From: Octopus vulgaris
Taxonomy: Eukaryota
Length of the DNA: 64,000 nt
Direction of reading: 5' to 3'
Assembly: GCA_951406725.2 (NCBI GenBank)
Contig: OX597835.1
Coordinates: 41,788,001 to 41,852,000, forward strand
Of the stretch, positions 36,531-49,436 are shown in pieces. The position numbers and the translations under genes were made by a program. The notes beneath the pieces are model-generated. The model was not told where the DNA came from. It searched no databases and was given only the letters and a program-made list of their open reading frames with translations. How positions within the stretch are numbered: the stretch's first letter is position 1; every line of letters begins with the position of its first letter.

Positions 36531-37575
36531 GAGGAGTAGAGGCCGAAACCGGATGTGGTTCCTCCTGATGATGTCTTGGGCTAACTGGATCCTTTAAAGG
36601 AGCTGTTGTGGTAGCAGACCCCGAAACGCGGTTGTAATTCCTCCTTGAAGTAAATGGATAAAGCGGTCATTATAGACTATATTAACTTTATTAGCAATAA
36701 AGAAAGGGGGAAATACGAGCTGCTTGCAGAGCTTGTGTGCAGCAGAAATGTGTGCGGGAAACTGAACCAGGGGTTGGATTAAATATTGCTGGGGAAGACC
36801 CCTAATGTCGACTCTCAATTGTTGGGTCGATCTCTGTACAGTTGATCATATTCCTTTACATAGGTACTGATCTTTGGATCGATAGGGAGTGGAGGAGGTG
36901 GATAAAGAAGCGTCTGATGTTTAGACATTTCCAAAATATATCAGCAATGTATGAGAGACGAGATATTCTCTACTTGTTGGAATGGGAAAAAAATCCTCTC
37001 TTGCGTCTTCCAAACGTTAACTCGGATTTGTTTCGACCCTTTAGAATTGGAATTTTTGAAAAGTAAAAAAATTGCATTATGTAGCTTGTTATTCTCTTTA
37101 AGCGAACATTTTTCTGGTTGAAATACACCGAAAAATGGCGACATAGCAGTCAAAAAATCGTAAAAAAATCGGGATTTTCATAGAAAAAAAAGCACCTATT
37201 TGATGTAAATAATTTTTGATCTTAACATGGTCCGATTTGAATTTTATCTTCTACGGAATGAAGAGCAAGCCTTCTTCTATCATACTCAGGGTCTCGGAGG
37301 AGATAGTGTTAGTTGAAGGCTACCAAACCTGCCACACACACACACAGACAACTTCAGCTTTATATATATATATGGCGATGCTTCGATATAGGTACACACG
37401 TGACTTTGTTTACATTTCTGAAGATAGCAGAAACCCTTTTCTCCCACCTGAACATGGTCCGATTTGAATTTTATCTTCTAGGGAAGATAACCCCCCCCCC
37501 CCCACATATATAAAAAAAAACCACTTTCTTGAAATGTATCCGATACTTCCACCGGTACATATACCGAAGTTACGC

Positions 37576-37642
<67 letters not shown>

Positions 37643-37777
37643 AATATACAGCTGAAGTTGTCTGTGTGTGTGGCAGGTTTGGTAGCCTTCACCTAGGTAC
37701 ACACGATCTATCAGACGCCATGATAGATCGTTAGCCACTACACACATTTTTTTTCTCTCCTTGTTTTTTCTGTGTCC

Positions 37778-37813
37778 CTTTCTGTAGAAGAGCGTAGGCT
37801 CGAAACGTAAAAG
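37778..37813 (+). ncRNA. Minimal hammerhead-like motif, variant core CUGUAGA
   Basis: cuuu-CUGUAGA-a-gagc-guag-gcuc-GAAA-cg-UA-aaag. Confidence 0.6.
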
Positions 37814-38934
37814 ACTTTTTCTATTCCTTAGCATTATACTAATACATCTATTTGTTTTGTACACCACCTGTCTTCGTCTTTTGTTGCTTTTTTCGTAAAC
37901 TCTCCCTATATATATATATATAGATAGATAGATAGATTTAAATACAAAGTTTGACAAAAGGAGGTTGGGCAAATAGTTATCGTTACCGTACTTCAAAACT
38001 TCAACATTAACAACGATAAGAACATTCTAACAAGTATGACAATACCAATAGTAACAAGAACAGCAACTGGAGATTGAACAACATTTATATAATCTCATTA
38101 ATATTTATCTCCCAAAGGAGTATAATTAACATTTGAAATCACTCAGTATATTCACGTTACGCGTCATCTCAGATAACAACAATTAAGATGAAAGCATTCA
38201 TTTAATATGTAAACAACAATTATCACCACCGCCACCGCCGCCACCCATCTACCGCTCACCACCTTCATCATCATCATCATCATCGTCATTTCCATTAGCC
38301 ACCACTTTCGTTTTTATCTTCCTACAAGCGCCACTAAACATCAGATAATCTAATCCTAGAAACCCTGTGTTTGAATATGTATGTATGTATTTATGTATAT
38401 ATGTATAAATAACCAGGATACCGGATGGCATTTGAGACTAGGTGTGCACGATCGGAACTGATCTGGGGGCCAAAGAACAACAGCAACAAAAATCAACGGT
38501 CAGATGTTCAGAAGACAAACAACTAATCACATGTCTCCTAAAGATAAAAAAAACAAGTTATCAACACTTGATTTTAATTATTTCTTTGAGAGTTTGTTTG
38601 TGTGAGGTGAAATGACAAAAACAAAATAAGAGAGAGAGAGAGAGAGGTCTGACTTCTCTTCACGTGTTTGCTCTTGATATGAAACCTTGTGTTAGAAATG
38701 ATTATTTCTGAACTGATATGTTCGAGTCGTCGTCAAAAGTTACCCGATCAAAGTTGATAATTAGAAGATCAGGAAATGGATCTTTTCTGTTTGTCAGCAC
38801 CTGTGGGAAATTTTGAAATTTGGTGTAATTAATGTAATTTTCCAGCGTTGTTACCAGTTGTGAAGATATGTCCGAGAAGTAGATTTTTTTATAAATTTTA
38901 AAACAATTTGTTTGCCTTTTAAGGCACGAAATGG

Positions 38935-38988
<54 letters not shown>

Positions 38989-40369
38989 GTACATGTTTAA
39001 GTACAGCAAATATTCTGCTCAATACCACAGATTTGCTTGTCAGTTGTTTGACCATAACCAGTTGAGCATGTCCCTTAATGGCTGACGATATGTGCATCTC
39101 TGATCACGAGCAGAAGTAGTGGGGGAGCATCATAGTCCATGTGTTGAGAGGGATTCTTTGGGGTTTGGATAATTCACCTCTGGAAACATGGGTGTTTCGT
39201 TCAACATCCTTAAACAACCCTTATTCGGGGACCTTTTGATAGGGATGGGCTACTCGACCTGAAGAAAATTCTTACTGGGCCCCACCTGCAAGGTCATGTA
39301 CTGTTTATCTTGATATGAGATCACCATGTCGCGCACATGTGGTTGTGATGCATGTGCCTGGTGTCCTCTTATCAGACAGGTATACCGGCCTTCGAGTTAC
39401 TTTGACGGGTATGCACTGCTCTCTCACTCAATAATAATTATCTACTAGCTAGACCCGTGAAAAATTCACAGTAAACATAAAAAATGAAAGCATTTGTAAA
39501 CAGTGTATTGATGCCATGAGAAATGTTTGTATATTATGACCGTTTGAGTTCAAATTCTGCCGAGATCGACTTTGCCTTTCGTCCTTTTGGTGTCGATAAG
39601 TTAAGTATCAGTTATGTACTGGGGGTTAATCTAATCAACTGGCCCCCTCCCCACAAAAAATACGAGGAAAGTATACTGTGACAGTTACAGAATATAGAAA
39701 GTAATGTAACACCAAAGACTATATAATTGAACCAAAATATCTCAGTTACACAAACATAAATGGAATAACTATTTAACCTTAAAATGCATCATACATATTC
39801 AAAGAACCTTAATGTACAAATTGAAATGCAAAAGAACGAAATAATAAATGGATTTATGAATGAAAGTTTGGTAATTGCGTTTATTTCCACTTATTATTGC
39901 AAACGTGTTTTAACTAACCTAGACTATACACACATACAAATATACTCATGTGTGTGTGTGTTTGTGTGTGTGTCATATTCTGTGTGAGGCTGAATCTCCC
40001 TGTGAGTTAATTTTATCCTCGGGTGGTAATGAAAAGTAAAATTGACATCCAATATGTGCTGTGTCTATGTATCTATGTATGAACGATTTATGTATCTGTC
40101 TCTCTCACTTTCTCTTTCACTTCCATTATGTCCCCCCCCTTCTCTCCTGCTTTTGATTTAACAATGTGTATATGTATCTACTCTTGCGATGTGATAAACA
40201 TTTAAAAATACAAACCGAACGCCGTCACCACTCAATGTCTCGTCCACTCTCCCTTTCTCCCTTGTTCTCTTACTTCTTTGTCCTCCTCTCTCTCGCTTTG
40301 TCACTTCTTTGAAGTAAGTGTGACGCACACAACAGGTACGTACAAAAACAAAAAGTTAGCGTATTAATA

Positions 40370-40756
40370 TCTTTATATATAAAAGTGAAGTTGTGTGTCT
40401 GTCTCCTATGATTTAGATTCTTAACTATTCCCACATTTTGTGGTGCAGTTTAACCAAAACCGGGTATCTTATAGTCGTGATTCATATCGAGCCCTTCTGG
40501 GTATTAGCGCGCGTCTACGATGAGTCTACGATTTAAACAAAAATTTACCATCATTTTTTTCCATTTTAATGCATTTTTTTCGCCATTGAAGTAACTCTCT
40601 AAAAATGTCTACGATGAGTCAACGATTTAAAAAAAAATTTACCATCATTTTTTTCCATTTTAATGCATTTTTTTTGCTATTTTTTTGCTATAACTCTCTT
40701 AAAATGCTTATATAGTTTCCCTTACAAACCCGAGCAACGCCGGGCGATACTGTTAG
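40370..40756 (+). mobile_element. Non-autonomous Helitron-like element
   Basis: A|TC start, hairpin cccgagcaacgccggg, TTAG|T end. Confidence 0.7.
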
Positions 40757-41434
40757 TTACTGATATTAATAAAATTGGTTTGGTAAGACTGATGTGTCAG
40801 TCTTCTGTAGTCACTACGTCCTCCTCCCTCAACTCGCCCTACAAAGATTTTAGCGTTCCAATAAATAATAAATAAATGAAAAATATGACGGTGATCGTCT
40901 GCTGATATCTGTGTGCTTGTGTGTGTGCATGTAACTGTATGAGATTGTGTGCTTGCGTGTGTACGCGTAATTGTGTTTGTGTGTGTATGTGTGTGTGTGC
41001 GCGCATAACTCTATGAGACTGCGTTTGTGTGTGTGCGCGTAACGGCATAAGACTACGCGCGTGCGCACCTGTATGAGACTATGTGTGCGCGCACGCGGTA
41101 GAATCGTTAGCACGCCGGACGAAATGCTTAGTGGTATTTCGTCTGCCGCTACGTTCTGAGTTCAAATTCCGCCGAGGTCGACTTTGCCTTTCATCCTTTC
41201 GGGGTCGATTAAATAAGTACCAGTTACGCACTGAGGTCAATATAATCGACTTAATCCGTTTGTCCCCTCTGTGTTTAGCCCCTTGTGGGTAGTAAAGAAA
41301 TAGTAACTGTATGGGACTATGTGATTGCGTGTGCACGTAACTGTATGAAACTGTGTGCACGTAACTGTACCTGTATGAGACTGTATGTTTGTATGTGCGC
41401 CGCGTGACTACGTGAGACTGTGTGTGTGTGTATA

Positions 41435-41866
41435 TCTCTCTCAATATAAAAGGCAGTTTGTCTGTCTGTGTGTCTGTCAGGTTGTACCCTCACCCTGACC
41501 ACGGCTTTCAACCGATTCTGATGAAACTTGACACACACATAGCCCAATGTCATAATTCAAAACTAACGCAGCGAAAATTTTGAAAAGTTCCCCCAGTTCT
41601 GAAAAAAATCGATAAATTCGACATGGGGTCGAGAATCTAAGCTTTTTATATGCAACACATTTTCTGTCTAAGGGGCACAACTCGACCTTTTTATCGCCCA
41701 AAGCGACAGCTAGGAACATCGTGTACACAGAAGTATTCGAGTGAAGAGAAGACATTGCAACCTACACATGCGCCTTCGTTCCCTAGAAGGAAAGGACTAG
41801 ATTTGGATTAGTCGTTGCCTACTAGGGGCTCTTACATACCCGGGCAACGCCGGGCTATGCTGCTAG
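41435..41866 (+). mobile_element. Non-autonomous Helitron-like element
   Basis: A|TC start, hairpin cccgggcaacgccggg, CTAG|T end. Confidence 0.75.
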
Positions 41867-42353
41867 TACGCAATATTAACTGAATGTGTATGTTGGTATC
41901 TGAATATTTAACATACAGACTGCATTTGGAATGTCTGCTGATATGTGAGTGTGTGTGTGCGGATTGTTATCTGTGTACGCTTGTCTAACAATATCAAACT
42001 ATAATTGTCAGCTGATATCTGTGTGTGTTTATATAGGTAAACATGTGAGTGTGTGTACATAACAATATGTGACTGTGTTAGAGTGTGTATGTGCGTGTGT
42101 CGTTATCTGTGTATGTTTGTGTAACGATAGGAGATTATGCAAGTGTCAGCTGGCATCCGCTTGGGCGTGGCTTAAAGGTTAGGGTATTCGGCTCAAGATC
42201 GAGAGTTCGAAAACCAGCGGCGCCTTGTTACACGGTACTCTTCCAGTGCACTCAGCTGGCAAAAGTGAGTTGTACCGTTGTACCTGTAATTCACAAGGGC
42301 CAATCTTGTAAATAAATAAAAATCAAATAATCCATTAAATTGCTTTTTAAGAT

Positions 42354-42402
<49 letters not shown>

Positions 42403-42451
42403 GCGATTTAAGGAAGATTTAACTGCAATTTGTGACATACAGAGAAACTAT

Positions 42452-42868
42452 GGATCTTTTCGGTTTGAACGGCAGTTTTTCTAGCGGTGTCATATGAAAT
42501 TGTCACCCATAATTATGACCCTAGTATCGATCTATTGCATTTCAATCTCTTTTAGGGTTAGGGTTAGGGGTGTGGGGAAGGGTATCTTTTTTCTTCAGAA
42601 ATGTAAATAAACCCAATCTGTTTCTTAAACGAGGGACATATTCATACGGCACAGAATGTTTTTGGATTCAATAGACGCCAGTGATTGGTTGAAATTGCAG
42701 AAATTGAAGAAAAATAAACAATAAATATCTTACAAACCATAGAATTTTCTCAATAAAGCCAAGAGAAAAAGATGTTTTATAAACACATTCTACCAGTATA
42801 CGAAGTTTAAAAGTGTTTAGTTACGTGGAAATTATTTTAAAAAACTGCCGTTCAAACCGAAAAGATCC
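42452..42868. mobile_element. MITE M1 copy
   Basis: TIRs; 8-bp TSD GAAACTAT. Confidence 0.9.
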
Positions 42869-43400
42869 GAAACTATTATAGCTCTGCTCCTCATTTCGCT
42901 CGCGTTGTGTATCAGTGTTCTGGGGGTATTTCGCGGGGCAGGGTTTTCTGCGACAATAAACTGTGCTTCTCACATAGCCAGGTGTAATTTTGTTTCGTTG
43001 AGCAGGTAGTATATGGGAATTACCTGAATACATTCGGTAGTGATACGTAGTACACTGTTGTGTTTTTCTATAGTGTACTTGGAAATGCTCCATAAAGGTC
43101 GAGGGCTCCAGGTAAAAAACTGGCATAATTTCTGATGGATCTAATGTATTACTTGTACATTATTGCTGTCGTTTCTTTCACTTGGTCATCTCTTTCCCCG
43201 AATCAATAAGATCTCCTGACTATTCAAAACAAACTCTGTTATTTTTATATTGTAGAAACGATTCGGTCCCGACAACTCAAACCCTCGACATTGCCTCGAT
43301 TTCTTGAAGGAGTTCGAGAAATCCTTTCGCCGCTAATATCTTTGAGAAAAGCAGGAAGACGATACAGTTTCGTTTCACGCGAGAATATATTGATTTTGAT

Positions 43401-43674
43401 GGTACTACTTGAGAACAGTGCGCGCACTCGCGTACTCGCGCATCCGAGCTAGCCAGTGATGACTAGTCGATCCATACTTTGTTTTTGTGTTATTTACTGT
43501 TTTAAAAATTATTTACTTTGTGTTTTTGTGATTTATTTACTTTGTTTAACAAAAAAAATTATTTATTTTGTGTTTTATTTACTTTGCTAGGTCGTCGTTG
43601 TAGGATCGACTAGTCATGACTAGCTAGCGAGGACGCGAGTGCGCGCACCGGGACCACTGTTCTCAAGTAGCACC
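43401..43674. mobile_element. MITE family M2 upstream of the OGG1 start
   Basis: TIR ggtactacttgagaacagtg / cactgttctcaagtagcacc; 9-bp TSD GATTTTGAT; CpG-rich arms. Confidence 0.88.
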
Positions 43675-43839
43675 GATTTTGATGGTGATATTTTTAAAAA
43701 GTCATTATTAAAAATCACATTATTATTACTATTATTATTGTTATTTTATAGCATATCTAATCACCATAACAACCACAGCGACACATGATTTATTTTCTGT
43801 CTGATGATATAAGCGACTTAAGGTGCGCTGAAGTAAAAC

Positions 43840-43922
43840 ATGGCTAGGCAGTGGCATCGTCTACCTTGTACTAACCTCGAAGTGCAGTTGGATATTGTTT
43901 TAAGCTGCGGACAGTCGTTCAG
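43840..43922 (+). CDS. OGG1: 8-oxoguanine DNA glycosylase, exon 1 (MARQWHRLPCTNLEVQLDIVLSCGQSFR)
   Basis: aaacATGg start context; LxxxLxCGQSFRW N-terminal OGG1 motif split by a phase-2 intron. Confidence 0.93.
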
Positions 43923-44365
43923 GTAGTAAGCCAAGTGGTTTGTAACTCTTAATGTAAATAGGGAAAGAGAGAGATAAGGATCGCAAGGAGAAGTTTCCTT
44001 GTCCGGGTTTTTCCTCGTGCAGTAAACACGTGGGTCAAGGTAGATAACTCCAAGGGTTAAACGCAAACTCGAGTGTGTTGCTTCCACAACCGAACCAAAA
44101 CTAGAATTATTTTTACTTGAGAAAACGAAAGCAAAAGTTATATTTATAGATCGGATGAACAAAAATAACCGTTCACATGCAGCATAAACTTATAATCACG
44201 ACTGTGTTAAATATTGATTTGTATTGGATATTCCCGATAGAGTAAAAGTTTATCTGACGGTTAAACTCTGCAGTACTTCTATATGTATACGTGTGTCTCT
44301 GGAATCGGTTGAGCATCTAAATTTGTATTTAGTTATTGTTCAGTCCAATTTATCACTGATCAAGC

Positions 44366-44656
44366 GTTACTACTAGCGAACAGTGGTCCCGGTGCGCGTA
44401 CTCGCGCATCCGAGCTAGTTAGTCATGACTAGTGGATCCTTACTTTGTGTTGTGTGTTATTTACTTTGTTTAAAAAATTATTTATTTTGTGTTTTTGTGT
44501 TTTACTTACTTTGTTTAACAAAAATTATTTACTTTATGTAAAAAAATTATTTATTTTGTGTTTTATTTACTTTGCTACGTAGTCGTTCTAGGATCGACTA
44601 GTCACGACTAGATTGCGCGAGTGCGCACACCGGGACCACTGTTCGCTAGTAGTACC
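44366..44656. mobile_element. MITE family M2, second copy, OGG1 intron 1
   Basis: TIR tactactagcgaacagtggtcccggtg; decayed 9-bp TSD tgatcaagc/tgatcaaca; same AT-rich core. Confidence 0.88.
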
Positions 44657-45358
44657 TGATCAACAGACACATGATCAAGGACGTTCTAACCGTGGCAAAC
44701 TACATTATTTAATGCAGCCTTTCTTTTTCCAATACAACATAGCTATAGTTTGATGCCCCTATCTTGACTTTGTTTCCTCATAACATTCTTAAAAACACGT
44801 ATTTTTAAAGGAGAATCTTGCAGAGATGGTGTAGACTACAGATTTTTCTTTAAAATCCTAAGTTTTCACAGTTGGGAGAGAGGTTTCGAACGCACATTTT
44901 TGAAAACTTAAATTTTGTTTTCTCGACGCAGTCGTAATCTGCATCTCCGAAAGGTGTCTGCGCAAAATTTCATGAAAAGATTTTCCACTTATGAGAAAGT
45001 CATGAGGAAGCAACGTCGTTGGTGATGCCAAACTGTAGTATAAACCCTAAAGAGCCCCACCCTGAAGGTTTAGTTAAACCAATCAATCTCATTATCTTTT
45101 GTCTTAAAGTCTGGTACTTGTTCTATTGGTCTCTTATGCCAAACCGCCGGATTACAGGAACGTAAACTAGCACGGGCTGTCAGGCGGTGGGGGGGGGGGT
45201 CGAACACAAAAACACACACACACACATTTAACGGACTTCCACAAAGTTTCTGTCTATCAAATTCAGTGACAAGACATTGGTCAGCCCTGGGCTATAGTAG
45301 AAGACTTAGAAGCCTCCCCAGATCATTAAAATACTGAGCCAATATATATACATGTATA

Positions 45359-45557
45359 TACAAGTGGGTGCTGAAAAGTTTCTTACTTTAAGGGTGTCAC
45401 GAAAGGCCTGGTTGAAGGCCCAACCTGAGTTCTTTTACAGGGCTCAGAAGAATTGATGGATTTGCTGCAATAAGTGTGTGAATCTTTGAGGGGAATATGT
45501 TAAATAAAATCATAATTAACTGATTCTCCTGTATTTTTTGCTATCCAAAGCCAGGAA
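45359..45557. mobile_element. Mariner-type MITE (second copy at about 61452-61640)
   Basis: gggtgctgaaaagtt / aatttttcagcactccc TIRs; internal homology between the two copies. Confidence 0.7.
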
Positions 45558-45633
45558 TTTTTCAGCACTCCCTTGCATGTGTGTGTGTGTGTAATTATTA
45601 TTATTTTCCTTTTGTTTCTTGTCCCCTATGTAG

Positions 45634-46228
45634 ATGGAGCAAGACAAGTCCTTCTACATGGACCGGAGTATTTGCCAGCAAACTATGGCACCTTAAACAA
45701 GAAGAAGAAGACAACATAATGTACCAAGCATCGAGTGGAAACCAAAACGACTGTGAGCAAGAATTAAGGAATTATTTTCAACTCCACATTAGTGTGAAAG
45801 ACTTGTATGAGAAATGGCGTGAAGCTGATCCTGTGTTCTGCAAAACGGTTGGAACCAAACTGCAAGGAATACGTGTTCTACGACAGGATCCTGTGGAAAA
45901 CCTCTTCTCCTTCATTTGTTCCTCAAATAACAACATAGAACGAATAACTTTAATGATTGAGAAACTCTGCTGCCATTATGGAGAGGAAATTGGCAGTTTT
46001 GAAGGGAAACCCTATTATGCCTTCCCCACTGTGGATGCAATGTCTGTGGGTGGTGTTGAAGAAAAGTTAAGGGAACTTGGTTTTGGTTATCGAGCTGGTT
46101 ATATCAGTAAAAGTGCTAAATACATTGCTTCTTTGGAAAATGGTGTCAACTGGTTGTATAACCTTCGTAAAGTGTCATATGAGAATGCTAAAGAAGAACT
46201 TCAAAAATTAACAGGTGTTGGTGCCAAG
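45634..46228 (+). CDS. OGG1: OGG1 exon 2
   Basis: GIRVLRQDPVENLFSFICSSNNNIERI, LRELGFGYRA, HhH motif LTGVGAK with catalytic Lys; tag acceptor, gtaatt donor. Confidence 0.97.
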
Positions 46229-47903
46229 GTAATTACAATAATAATTTTTTTTTCCCCCCATTCTTTTTTGTTGTATTTGAGCGATCTAGAGAACTGCTGA
46301 TGGTTGAGTACAGATCTCTGAATTCAAATCTTTCTGAGGTAAACTTTAGCTTTCATCCCTTCAAAGGTGGATTAGTGGTATTATTATCAGGACATCAGAT
46401 TAGACGTCTCGTAGTATTTGATCCAGCTCTTTGCTTTTAAGTTCATAGGTAGTAGAATTAATCCATTGCCCAGCTTAATACTGCCACCTGATTCTTTGGT
46501 ACTTTTAGCGGAATTCACTCTGTTACAAGATTTTGAGCCAAGTCTCCAGTTTGAGGATAACTGCCTCCCTTTCGCCACACCTGTCTTTGAGGCTCTGCAA
46601 GAATAAAAGGGTCAGGGTACTGACCTTCCCCTCTGGCTAAGAGGCAAAATCAAAAATTCATTTTCCTACCAATAAATACTGGAGTTGATCATTGTTCCTA
46701 CGAAGTCTTTTGATTCAGAAAGGTTGAACTTTCTCTTATGAAACATACCTTTCTATAATTCATATTTGTCCTTTAGCTTAATCATTGGATGAAGGGCTGC
46801 ACCTATTAACCTCTTGTTTGCCTTACAGTCTCCAACATCAATGGGAGGAAGTTAGCAGCAGACCAGAGATCTTGGCCAAATACTTGCAACAGGATGGATT
46901 CTCCTAAAGGCACCCAAGATCCAGGTGGTGGTGCTAAACTGGTCCACAGATTAAACCTAAACCATCCATTGGTACAGACAGTGGTCACAACAAAGCAGGA
47001 AAAAAATTAAATAGATTAAACATTCACCAAATAGTATTTGAAACCCTAAGCCGGTGAGCTGGCAGAAACATTAGCACGTTGGGCGAAATGCATAGCCATA
47101 TTTCGTCTGCTGTTATGTTTTGAGTTCAAATTCTGCCGAGGTCAACTTTGCCTTTAATCCTTTCGGGGTCGATAAATTAAGTACCAGTTACGCACTGGGG
47201 TCGATGTAATCAATCCATTTGTCCTTGTTTGTCCCCTTTGTGTTTAGCCCCTTGTGGGTAGTAAAGAAATAGGTGTTTGAAACCCTCATCTCCTTTTACG
47301 TTCTCTGATGTATTTATTAACCATAAACAAAGCTATGAGCTGAAATATTTCCAACCAAAGTACCACCTAGAAAGCATTCCTGCTGGTGTCACATAAAAAG
47401 CACTGGCACCATCAGTATCATCATCATCATTGTTTAACGTCCGCTTTCCATGCTGGCATGGGTTGGACGGTTCGACCGGGGTCTGGGAAGCCAGGAGGCT
47501 GCACCGGGCTCCAGTCTGATCTGGCATTGTTTCTACAGTTGGATGCCCTTCCTAACACCGACCACTCCGTGAGTGTAGTGGATGCTTTTTACGTGCCAGG
47601 CGAGGCTGGCAACGGCCACGATTGGTTGGTGCTTTTTACACGCCACCGGCATGTGCCATGCAAAAGGCACCCAATGCACTCTGTAAAGTGCTTGGTGTTA
47701 GGAAGGGCATCCAGCTGTGGTAACCAAGCCAAAACAGACAACTGGAACCTGGTTCAGCCCCTGGCCTTGCCAACTCCCGTCAAGCTGTCCAACCCATGCC
47801 AGCATGGAAAACAGACGTTAAATGATGATGGTTTCTTTCCCTGCACAAAAGGATCTCCTGAGATGTTGTTCAAGTCTGTTTTGATTTTCTCTTTCTACCA
47901 CAG

Positions 47904-48048
47904 GTTGCTGACTGCGTATGTCTAATGTCTCTGGACAAAACTGGTGCCATTCCAGTGGATACCCATGTTTTACAAATCACTAGTCGAGATTATTTGCCAA
48001 AACTCCAAGGGAAACAAGGACTTTCTACAAAATGCTACAATGAAATAG
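47904..48048 (+). CDS. OGG1: OGG1 exon 3 (VADCVCLMSLDK...PVDTHV...)
   Basis: HhH-GPD PVDTH motif with catalytic Asp; cag acceptor, gttcgt donor, frame consistent. Confidence 0.96.
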
Positions 48049-48550
48049 GTTCGTTCATTATTTTACTTGTTCAATGGGGTGATACCCATATTGTGTGCGA
48101 TGGTGATGTGTTGTTATAAAGGCTCACGTAGAAATTTATGTCATATTCTGTTAGAAGATGTCTGTTAGTTCAGACATCCACAATACCCACAGTAAACTAT
48201 ACAATTGTATACTATGTAAATTTTTATTAAATCTTTATAAGTGTCTGGGGAGAGTCATTTTGTTTTTGCGTCTTATAATATAACATACTCACCGGTAAAA
48301 TTTCTAGTTATTTCTTATTTTTATTGTCCTAAAATTTTCTTTATAAGTGTGTGTATGTATGTGTGTGAGAGAGAGAGGGGGAGAGAGAGAACGTGCACAA
48401 GTGTGTTCAAAGAAAAGAGAAAAATACTAAACTGTATAAAGTAAAACAGACGTAAATACATCTTGTTATTCTCTTGATAAACAAAAATAAGGAGATTATC
48501 TGTTCTGATATTTAGACCAAGTTTGCCTCTTACATTTTTTCCTCTTTCAG

Positions 48551-48600
48551 GTGACCATTTTCGAAATATTTGGGGAGAATATGCTGGATGGGCTCAAACA
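48551..48600 (+). CDS. OGG1: OGG1 exon 4 (GDHFRNIWGEYAGWAQT)
   Basis: Conserved WGxYAGWAQ; ttcag acceptor, gtaaga donor. Confidence 0.96.
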
Positions 48601-49436
48601 GTAAGATTTATATTTTTTCCTGAGTGCCATGTTTTTCCATTGTCTTTTAAGATCCCTCCAGAACCACCTTTGCCTTCAATTCCTCTTGGGTCATTAAAAA
48701 GAAACACCACTCAAATATTGGGGGTTAATTAAATTTCCTACACCCTCTGCCACCTCCTAAGCACCGGAACTCTGTTTCTTAGGATAATGAGGGTTCCAGC
48801 TGATCCGATTAATGGACCAGCCTACTTGTGAAATTAACATGCAAGTGGCTGAATACTCCACAGTTACGTGTACTGTTAATATAGCTCTTGAGAAGATTCA
48901 GTTTGACACAGAGTGTGACAGGGCTGACCCCTTTCAAATACAGGTACTACTCAGTTTTACCATCTGAGAGGACTGAAGTAATGTGAAATAAAGTGTCTTG
49001 CTGAAGGACACAATGTGCTGCTGGGAATTGAAATCATGACCTTACAATCATGAACCAAATACCCTACCCACTGAGCCACGCACCCTCCACCAATATAAAG
49101 ACAATCATTATTACCATCATTGGCTTTGTTGAAACATGATTGTGACACGGTATGTATGAGGCGGCGAGCTGGCATGGAGAGAGGAGGCTGGTACGCATGG
49201 GTGACTGCTGGTCTTCCATAAAACAACTTTACCCGGACTTATGCATTGGAGGGGAACTTTCTAGTTGGAATCCCATGATCAATCATGACTGAAGAGGATC
49301 TTTACTCTTTACCCTATGACAGTATGCTGTGATGTAGTAAGGTGCAGTATGGTGTCATGTAATATGGTGTGATGAGGTGCCGTGGGTTGTAAGATGATGC
49401 AGTGTTATAATTTTGTGTAATTTAGAGATAATTCAT

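Larger units (their letters stand above)
33665..43126 (-). other. Candidate spliced transcript divergent from OGG1 (lncRNA or about 88-aa microprotein)
   Basis: Unique-sequence islands with splice signals at 43024-43126, 38744-38800, 34797-34924 and 34537 down to about 33665; AATAAA at 33691-33696; no recognised homology. Confidence 0.4.

Noticed and set aside
36565-36635. CUGAUGA..GAAACGCG hammerhead-like motif
   Set aside because: Stem I and the UH cleavage site cannot be formed convincingly; at best a decayed copy
47386-47925. 179-aa ORF and similar ORFs at 49413 and 60199
   Set aside because: Read-through of repeat family D, not conserved in frame between copies
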